Shown one piece after another: positions 54,990 through 64,000 of a stretch of DNA of 64,000 nt. Position 1 is the stretch's first letter; each line of letters starts with the position of its first letter. The stretch comes from Eledone cirrhosa (Eukaryota): contig OZ024745.1 in the NCBI GenBank assembly GCA_964016885.1, positions 110,050,001 through 110,114,000 of the forward strand. The letters run 5' to 3'. The notes under the pieces are model-generated. The model searched no databases and was not told the origin of the DNA. It saw only the letters and a program-made list of their open reading frames with translations. Made by a program: the position numbers and the translations under genes.

Positions 54990-55466
54990 TAATCAGAAGA
55001 AGGGAGGTAGGTATAAGAGCCTATCTTCAATTTGGTATTCGAGCCAACCCTTAACTATTGTCATGAATCTTGATTAATGACCAAAAGTATATGATCACAA
55101 ATACAAGCAGCTGAAATGCGGTTCCTTCAAAAGATCATTTAGCTTGGAGATCAGATAGTTACTCCGTGCAGAGCAGCTACTTCTCCAAATTGAGAGATCT
55201 CATCCCCTATATTACAAGCATTTGGTTAGAATGTCTCAGGAAAGAATTGGTGGATAGATTTTACAGGCAAAATCAGCTGGCAAGAGACCCAGGGGTAGAC
55301 CCTAAGCAAGGTGGTTAGATAACCTCCAGGAGCTCAGCTGATCATGCTTGGGGATACAGCTGGATCAATTGGAGTTGATTGCTTCTGATAGGAGCGACTG
55401 GAAAGAGTGTTTGAGCACTCTGCAACCACGACCCCCTCAGGAATAAGTGGGTCAAGAAAAAGAAGA
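54990..55466 (+). mobile_element. Rex3/Expander-like RTE LINE 3' fragment
   Basis: PTLNYCHES.LMTK...IQAAEMRFL...LLLQIERS...HLVRMSQER...GKRPRGRP; same family as 45728-45978. Confidence 0.82.
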
Positions 55467-55505
55467 TATATAACCCTATAAACACAAATACATATACATG
55501 CATCA

Positions 55506-55561
<56 letters not shown>

Positions 55562-55956
55562 AACGAGTAGGACCTCGACGGCTGAGCTCAAGCTGTTTCA
55601 ACGGCTAATTCTGGACTAAATGAACATTTTTATGATGGTACATGAATAGCCGAGCTTCTCAGGGGGTAATTCCATATATGGTAAAAGTGATTGTCACAAG
55701 GATTGGTCAAAAGGATTGGTCAAACATTAAGTTATATATATATATATAACTTAATATTTTTAACTATAATAAAATTACTTATAAGAAAATTAATTTCAAC
55801 ATTTCATATACTTTTTATAAAATTTGTAGTTGAAGGAATTCTATGAAATTTTCTTCTCTTTCTTTAATCTTTATTTTCAGGATTTAAAGAAACCTGCATA
55901 TATCAGGGCATTACATTTAAATAACTTTAATTACTTCTTTCTTATATTAGTAATTG

Positions 55957-56145
55957 GTTATTGGCAGTATCGGTAGAGGGTTGGACGCCATGCTTTCTAG
56001 CATAGTTACGTCCCTTTACAGTCTGAGTTCAAATCCCGCAGAGGTTAACTTTGCCTTTCATCCTTACGGGGTCGATAAAATAAAGTACCAGTAATGTATT
56101 GGGTAATTGCTGGCCGTGTGCCTAAAGTAGAAACAATTATTATTA
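55957..56145 (+). mobile_element. family A SINE (short subfamily)
   Basis: near-identical to 16980-17163. Confidence 0.88.
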
Positions 56146-56725
56146 CTTGCTAGTTTTGTTCTAACAAGCCTATTACATGAATTTTGTTGATTTAGCATTT
56201 AAAATCAACTTATGTTAACATGTTTAATACAGTGAAGGTTAAACAAGTAATTAGAGATAATTATGCAGTAAGCAAAGACAATATGAATCAGTGACCAATA
56301 TCATCTATATATAAATTTGAGAGATTTCCTTCCATTTGTCCCACAAAGTGTGTGTGTGTTTGTGTGAATGTATGTGTGTGTAAAAGGAAGGAAGTGGATG
56401 GTGAAACAACTATAGCAAAATAGTGGCTGGTGTTCCATTTGCTACACTGTGTGTGAGTGCATGTGTGTGTGTATCTGGGTAAATGTATGAGTGTGTGTGT
56501 TTGCATGAATGTATGTCTATGAGAGTGTATTTTGTGAGTGTGTCTGTGTTTGCAAATTTATATTTATATACTCATACATATAAATGTATCTATATGCACG
56601 TAAACACACACACCTATACACATATGCATCAGCATGTTAAAATAATATTCTGCTCATTACTACTTGTGGTTGTATGCTATATTTTAAACATTAACTATGG
56701 AATAAAGTCGATGACACAATTGAAA

Positions 56726-57055
56726 TAATGTGAAACCCTGGTTCATGAACTTAATTTGTTCCTGAAGGTCGTTCCTCACCTGAAATGTTTTTGTAAACCG
56801 AAACCATTTTTTTTCCATAGAAAATATTGAGAGCGAAATCAGTGAAAGAGAGATAGATATCACCATAGTAACTAACACATAGCAAGTGATACTTTCCTTT
56901 TGATACTCCAAGCCTGTTGCCAACAGTTGTTATTGACTTGAGTGTTCCTCACTCAAGACGGTGTTCATGAACCAAGACATTTTATGTTCAGAAAAATTGT
57001 TCATGAATCGATTTGTTCATGATGAGAGATGTTCATAAGCCAAGGTTTCAATGTA
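56726..57055. mobile_element. Tc1/mariner (Tigger/pogo-like) MITE
   Basis: left TAATGTGAAACCCTGGTTCATGAAC vs reverse complement of right end TACATTGAAACCTTGGCTTATGAAC; TA at both ends; subterminal GTTCATGA repeats. Confidence 0.6.
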
Positions 57056-57904
57056 TTTAATATAATAAAATGAAGATCTGTAAATTTATGCAACAAAATA
57101 GAACGAAAAATATTTATAAAATATGGAATATTGAAGGGTATCATCAGGTTTAATTATTTTATCAAATACAAGAAATAACTCCAGATATGTTTTTGTCTTA
57201 TCAATCATCCTCACTGAAGCATTGACTATCATATTTGATGTAGGAATGATTAGAGAATCACTAAGTAGATGTATACTATCATACATGAATAGCTGTGGAA
57301 ATTAGCACATTTAGAAAAATAAATTACTGGAAAAAAAAGATGTGTCTGGGATGCCATCCATTATGAAAAACACTAGTCAAATTAGTGTTACCATAAGTCA
57401 CCCAAAGGTCTTCAAGCCCAAATATACCAAAATTGTCTTTTCTTTTTTTGTTCGAGTACAGCTGTTGTCGATGATGATGCTAATATTAGCACAATCACTC
57501 CTACAACCACCACTATTATACAATCTAAAAGAATAAACAACAAAATTATGGATTGAATACATTATAACAAAGTTGATGAAAGGTTTAATTTAATCAATGG
57601 CATTGAACTGTTGTCATATTTTCATTTAATTAAAGCATTCAAAGTTCTGTTTATATTAGAACAAAGACTAAATAATTGGATTAAATAGACAAAACAATTT
57701 TCATGCTCTCTCTCTCTGTGGCTTTGTTTTTATTCATTATGTTTTCCCTTCTTCTTTACTGTTTCTAATCTAATCTTATAGGACACTGTACCATTTGGGT
57801 CTTGTACATCTTTGACTCCATCAGTGACTCTTTCTGTACCCTAATTTACACCTGACACTTGTACATTTTGTGTCTGGCATTTGTTATATCACTCTTTCTT
57901 CTTT

Positions 57905-58130
57905 ATCCCTTCCATTACCAGATTTTAAATGAAAGACACATTTTGAAAATATTCAAGAATTTGAAGAGATTTAGTAATAATTTCTCACTATTGAGCTGGT
58001 GTTTGGAACATAACTTAAAGTTTCTTACAAAAAAATGATGATACAAAGTTTTTAGATAGATATAATCATTTTAAGATAATCAACTTTGTATTATCAAACC
58101 AGAGTTGATTTCAAGTCGATTTCTATTAAT
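57905..58130 (+). mobile_element. family P2 MITE copy
   Basis: AGAATTTGAAGAGATTTAGTAATA shared with 3882-3905. Confidence 0.6.
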
Positions 58131-58590
58131 CCTTTTGGATTAATAGAAATTTCTGGTATGCTTTTTAGCCTTCTTACCCTAAACTCTTCACACTAACCAT
58201 TTGGGCTTTTCTTAGACCTATCCCAGCTGCTTTTTTTTCTAAGTTGCTTCTTTTTTTAGTTATTCTAATTTAGCTGTCAGTCAATCCTCATTCATCACAA
58301 CTAGGATCAAACATATTCTTGCCATTTTTTAGCCCCTCTTTTGGGGTGTGCCAAGGAGTAGTCTGGCTTCTTACATTCTGAGTTCAAATCCTGCTGAGGT
58401 CAACTCTACCTTTTATCTGTTCTCATTATCAATAGTAAAACACCACTTTATTAGCAAATAACTAAGATTATTAATTAGAAATCCAATTCTTCAGTTTATT
58501 CTCATATAAGCATCTTTATTTAACAACCTCAGAGGTACTGAAACAATATATGGTCATGGGTATTGACCTTCCTCCTGACAAAAAACAAAA

Positions 58591-58792
58591 TTAACCCATT
58601 ACTATATATTTACTATTGTATTTTTGTGGTAAAGGCTTTATCTTACATAATTATCTCACATAATATCGAATCTATGAGATTTTAATGTTATTTATTTTGA
58701 GAACAATTCCTCAATGTCAAGTTAAGCTGCCAGTTTGAACAGGAAGAGATGAGAACATTCTGGCCAGATACGGCTTGTTTAAATGCTAAAGG
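58591..58792 (-). mobile_element. family P1 MITE copy, ends eroded
   Basis: inverted match to 28-235 and 60607-60820. Confidence 0.7.
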
Positions 58793-58984
58793 CTGTGACC
58801 TTCCTTTTTATAAAATGGTCAAATGAGATTTAAGGGAGATTTAGTAGCTATTTTTAGCTTAGGATGGCTATGCAGAGGCTCCCTGATTGGATTTGCAAGT
58901 GAATGTTATTACTATTTAACTTTCAGTTAACTTTGATCATACAGATTCATTATCAAAGAAGTGCTGATCTTCACCATCCTGTTA

Positions 58985-60546
58985 TCTATACTATAAAGAT
59001 GACGTCCGTATGTAAGTAACAAACTTTCCACCAAGCGGCTGGAACAAACGGCACCAAATTTGCACCATAGATGTAACTTTTTCCAAGTAAGAAAGTGAGG
59101 GTATTTTTGTCTACTGAATTTTGTTAAAAGATTAAAGACATTATTTAAATATTCACTTCTTTAAAATGTTCAAATGTCAACACTTCCTAACGTCTTCACG
59201 AACCAAAGTATCATCTTCCTGTTTTCTTTCAGTTGCAACGTTTTTTGAAATATTTACTTCTGCATTCACAGATTGATTTTTTTTAGTTTCAGAAGATCCC
59301 GTTAAGAGCGATTATTTGCTTAAACTTTAATCTGTTATTTTAATATATATATATAATTATATATTCGTGTACAGATATTTTTGCATACACAAAAACAAAA
59401 TATAAACAAACGTATTTATTCCACGAAAGCACAGACGGCTTATTGTCATTGTTACTGCTGATATGCCACCCCAAAAGTTCCAGCATGGCCGCAAGATCAG
59501 ATTTTCCAGAAGAAAAAATGTTACTAGGGCAACAGAGAGACTAAGCTTCGCAATTACCATCAACAAAGCTCAGGGTCAAATCTTAAAAGTGGCTGGCCTT
59601 CATCTGGGAAAACCATGGTCAATTGTATGTAGGATGCTCTAGGGTGAGCTCGCCAAACAATCTCTTCATCTTTGCTCCCGAGAGCCGAACAAAAATATTG
59701 TATGCTCTGAGGCTCTAACAATGTAATTTATGTATTTTCTGTTACTTGGAATTTCCCTTATGGTTGTACAAATTATTGTAAAGTTTGTTAAAAAATTTGT
59801 TCTCTGTTCAACCTTTATTGTTGTAACTATCAATTTTCTTTAATGTACTGGCTGAGAAAAGAAACCTACAATGAAAGAACATCTTAAAGTTTACCCAAGC
59901 CAAATGTTGTATTTATTAACATTTCTATCTGCAGGTTCTTAGCAAGCTTACAGGCGCTTTAGTATGGTATTCAATTCTCATATCGTTTTTTATTGATATT
60001 GTGCATATATCACAGCTATTCATATGTTTTAAACATTAGATAACGATTGCTGATGTATATTGTACGACAGAATTAGCTGGAAAATATTTTGAATGAGCAA
60101 ATAAAAGAGATATAAAAGAGAGATGTTTGTTGGTTGGTTCCTTTGCGTATCACACGAAAAAAACGAAGTGACAATCGAAAAGGATTGGGATAAGAGTATA
60201 TCCAGGAAAGTTTATTGATACTAATTTTATAATACCAAAGAAGAAGAAAGACATACCACGTATGTTAACCAACCTGACTGCTATTTCTAGCAGGTTGAGA
60301 ATCACCATAAGGGATTCTCTCTCGAGTTCGTTGTCAGAGATGATCGTGTTTCGCGGCCTATGTCTCTGATTCCAACGGTGGATTACACACGGATACGGAC
60401 ACTCGCACACACACATATATATATATATACACACAAACATACACACACACTGTAAACAAGACAATGCATTCAATACAGACGTTTTCTCTTCTGTCGGTCT
60501 TCTCTTATCATTTGTTAACCCTAACGAAGCTGGGTACCTCAGCTAG
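58985..60546 (+). mobile_element. non-autonomous Helitron with both termini
   Basis: A|TCTATACTATAAAG 5' end; 3' hairpin CCC-TAACGAAGCT-GGG then TACCTCAGCTAG|T; no TSD; internal helicase relic. Confidence 0.82.
59538..59726 (+). pseudogene. Helitron RepHel PIF1-type helicase C-terminal relic
   Basis: RLSFAITINKAQGQILKVAGLHLGKP / HGQLYVGCSRVSSPNNLFIFAPESRT / KNIVCSEAL with two frameshifts (SF1B motifs V and VI). Confidence 0.9.
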
Positions 60547-60606
60547 TTACATATATATCTATAACTCCACTAGGGATCTTTGACATTTCAGTAATGGCAT
60601 GATTAA

Positions 60607-60820
60607 CCCTTTAGCATTTAAACCGACCATATCCAGCCAGAATTCTCACCTCTTTCTGTTTAAACCGGCCACAACTGGCTGCTCATACTGATGTTAAGGT
60701 ATTGTTCTCAAAATAAACAATATCAAAATCTCATAGATTCGAAATTGTGAGATATTGTGTAAGATAAAGCCTTTACCGTGAAAATACAATAGTATATATA
60801 GAGTAATGTAAATGCTAAAA
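60607..60820 (+). mobile_element. family P1 MITE copy, right TIR disrupted
   Basis: TTAA-CCCTTTAGCATTTAAAC...AATGCTAAAA. Confidence 0.78.
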
Positions 60821-62354
60821 ATATGGGGGAGAGAGTTAATATTTGGGTTTTTTGTTGTTAAAGTGAGACTTCGACTGAACAGTGGGTATAATTGAATAAT
60901 TACAATTCTTCTCTTCTTTTCACTTCACTTACAATTTCTATATGTAAATATTTTTATGGACTACTACTATAATTACGAATGCTTTCACTTTTAAACATTT
61001 GTTTTTATTAACTGAACAGGGCCAGTGTCCAGCTGAAATCACAAATTGCAGGAGCACTTCAATACTTCAACGTGAATTGTACAGAACTCATTACTCATGC
61101 TGTAAATAGATTCTAAAAATCTTAATGTGAAAAAATACTGAAGGAAAACAACTTTTAAAAAAATTGTGATAGAAACTATACAGAATATTCTGGAAGATTT
61201 GAACTGAGATGAGATGTTTTGTTTTGTGCTTACAAAAACTTACAATGGATTCCTCTATATATATATTTACAATATATATATATATATATATTTGTGTGTA
61301 TGTGTATATGCATATATATAATATATATATATGCATATACACATACATATAAAGAGAGATGTATGTATATATATATATATATATGTATATATATTCCTCC
61401 AATTTCACGATTGGGCAAACAGTACTGCCTTGTATGATGTGAAATTAGAGACTGGAAGATAAATGATTAAGAAACAAGATCAACGAATTATTTACACTTT
61501 GTTTCGTGAAGATAACGCATGGGGAACAAATTGGGCCATAGGTTACTATAGTTAAGAATTAATTGCTTCAGTAGGTTTGGTGAAAAACAAAAAATAACAT
61601 TGTTTAAGTTGTGTTTTTTTTTTTTGTAGTTGTTTCTTTTTGTTTTCATCGTTACATTGTAAATGGTAAAACACCATTTTATTAGCAAAAGACTAAGATT
61701 ATCAATTAGATATCCAATTCTTCATTTCATTTGCTTATAATATTTTCTAGTTTACAAACGAATGAATGACCTTTAATGAGAAAGTTTAGGGAGCATTTTT
61801 TGTTTGTCCTGCACACATTCTACCTGTTTTAGAAGTCCAATAATGAAAATAACAACATTAGATATTAGAAGTATCAATTTATATTGTTCCTGTCACTGCT
61901 TGTCTAACAAAGCAGAGAGCTGTGCAAGTATCTAACAAAAGTTATTCACACAACATCTTTGGTCTATTTTTTCACAACTTATCCCCATTTGGTATGTTAT
62001 TGATCCCAGTTGAAATATATGCCTAAGTAAAATGTCAGGATATTTGATATCAAAATAATAGTTTACTGTACATGTTCTTTATTCAAGAAAGTCTAGTACT
62101 TTATTTTTATGCTTACCTTCAGTCCTAACAATTAGTTAACTCCCACCCCACCCCCAGTGTTAACACTTGGACTTGGACTTTTACATGTGGCTACTACAAT
62201 AACATGTTTAGGTTATATTCAAAATGATTACTGTATACATTTGCATCTCTTCTTACAAAATACAACATGAAAAATCAGTATGTAACATTTCTATTGGATC
62301 TACAAAACCTTACTTTGAAATGTATGTAAATTAGTTATGCAACATATCTAAGAG

Positions 62355-62693
62355 TAAAGATCCCCTTCGGTCAATAATGACCATGGGATTTGTACCTAAA
62401 AAGTTCCTGTCCAAGGCACAAGTCCAGACAAGGTTGTTTGTGGAAAAGCAGCAGTCACCCATGCATACTAGTCTCCTCTCTCCACACCACCGATGTTGTC
62501 CAAGTGAAAGGTAATGGTTAATACAGCTTGGCACCAGTGACATTGCAACTCATTTCTACAGGCGAGTGAACTGCAGCAACATGAAATAAAGCGTCTTGCT
62601 CAAGGACACAACACATAACCCAATGTAGGAATTGACCTCACAACCTCATGATTATAAGCCCAGTGCACTAACCACTAAGCCATATGTCATCAC
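62355..62693 (-). mobile_element. full-length tRNA/CORE-like SINE with a second type of RTE-derived body
   Basis: same head as 23750-23857 (ATGGCTTAGTGGTTAG...CCTTGAGCAAGAC) but body CTGGTGCCAAGCTGTAT...CCCATGGTCATT. Confidence 0.78.
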
Positions 62694-63303
62694 AACATGT
62701 CTACTCATCTGACTTTTGCATGAGTATATCTGGTATTTATCAATAGCTACTGCAATTACCTTTTCATCTTATTTCTTCTAGTCATCATCAATCTTTCTCA
62801 TAAAAACCTGCCTGAAACTGGACAAAGTTCATGATAGAAAAGGAGAAAAGGATCTGATTTAAATTGCTCAAATTTAAACCTTCTATTATAGTTTTTGTAA
62901 GAAACTTTTCATAAGTTTGATTCTAGATCCCAATGTAATGAGATCGATAGTTATAATTACAAAATCCCTCCAAATTTTTGATTATTTTCAAAATTAATTG
63001 AAAATCAAACGCAGCATCTTTCATTATAAATATATTAATGAAAGAGTTAGCTTGACAAATATCTTATCAGTGATTAAACTAATTTAATCCCTGTCACTAT
63101 AAAGTAACTGATGAGCAAATGAGGCAACATCTGTATGGTCATTCAACATACTAGAAATAGCAGCTAAGCTAACATTTCAATCAAATGAAATCAAACCATT
63201 TAAAAAATAATGGTATTGGGGAATATTCCATAATATACAAAAGGTAGAGGTTGTCTTGAACTAAGCAACAATTTAGGGGTCAGGTTTGCCCCATTCATGG
63301 GTT

Positions 63304-63500
63304 TTAACCCGTCCATGACCATATTTCTAATAAAATCTACTGCCTATGATTTTCAAATAATTTCAGAAAATAATCAAGAATTTGAAAGAATTTTGTAATA
63401 TAAATTATTATTAAGCTGGTGTTTGTAACATAACAAAGGCTCTTATATAAAAGGAATATTTTAGATAAATATAAACATTTTAAAATAAACAGTTTTGCAC
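63304..63500 (+). mobile_element. family P2 MITE, left part
   Basis: TTAACCC start; TAGATAAATATAAACATTTTAAAATAAACAG. Confidence 0.6.
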
Positions 63501-63702
63501 CCCTCTGTCAGTCAAAAAAGTTGTGTGCATTATAATTCTTTTTAGAACTATCATTTCTATATCATAGTTTAAAAACGATAGCACTATTCGTTACAGATTT
63601 CCAATTGACCAATCAATAGGTTATTGCATTTCTGACCATGTGAGAAACTAAAAATTATATAAATGATGAACTTCATAATTTCCATGTATTAAATTCCACT
63701 CA

Positions 63703-64000
63703 CAAGAAAATAGTCCACCTGAAACTATGGTGTAAAAAGAAAATAGTCCATCTGAAGCTATGGTATAAAAAGAAAATAGTCCATCTGAAGCTATGGTATA
63801 AAAAGAAAATAGTCCATCTGAAGCTATGGTGTAAAAAGAAAATAGCCCATCTAAAGCTGTGGTATAAAAAGAAAATAGTCCATCTAAAGCTGTGGTATAA
63901 AAAGAAAATAGTTCATCTGACACTATCATGTAAAAAGAAAATAGTCCATCTGAAGCTATCATGTAAAAAGAAAATAGTCCATCTGAAGCTATGGTATAAA
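63703..64000. repeat. 33-bp minisatellite, about 9 copies, runs off the window
   Basis: unit AGAAAATAGTCCATCTGAAGCTATGGTATAAAA. Confidence 0.93.

Noticed and set aside
59538-59726. Host PIF1 helicase gene exon
   Set aside because: It is frameshifted, has a Helitron-type HGQLYV..SRV motif and is enclosed by Helitron termini.
63648-63962. 104-aa ORF with 11-aa repeats
   Set aside because: It is a by-product of the 33-bp minisatellite, with no splice or homology support.

Overview
Strongly AT-rich eukaryotic DNA made almost entirely of repeats. The SINE families resemble, from recall, those of octopod cephalopods (inference, no search run). No host protein-coding gene can be confidently called. 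Almost all ORFs in the supplied track are translations of (TA)n, (CA)n, (GTA)n or (CAA)n microsatellites. The protein-like segments are transposon relics: RTE-clade LINE fragments of several families (one Rex3/Expander-like), two CR1-type 3' ends, Penelope-like fragments and a PIF1-type helicase fragment inside a fully bounded non-autonomous Helitron (58985-60546). The window also holds about 20 copies of one tRNA-derived SINE (long and short subfamilies, some with clean TSDs), tRNA/CORE-like SINEs with RTE-derived (GAT)n tails, two TTAA-flanked piggyBac-type MITE families, hAT-type and Tigger-type MITEs, and several minisatellites. The most notable pattern is a dispersed set of short islands in (TA)n tracts that carry degenerate minimal hammerhead-ribozyme motifs, often with a downstream AATAAA and fold-back inverted repeats, consistent with Penelope-like pseudo-LTR relics. 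A few minus-strand splice-site pairs hint that the window lies within long introns of a minus-strand gene (low confidence). I did not find a clearly new biological system.
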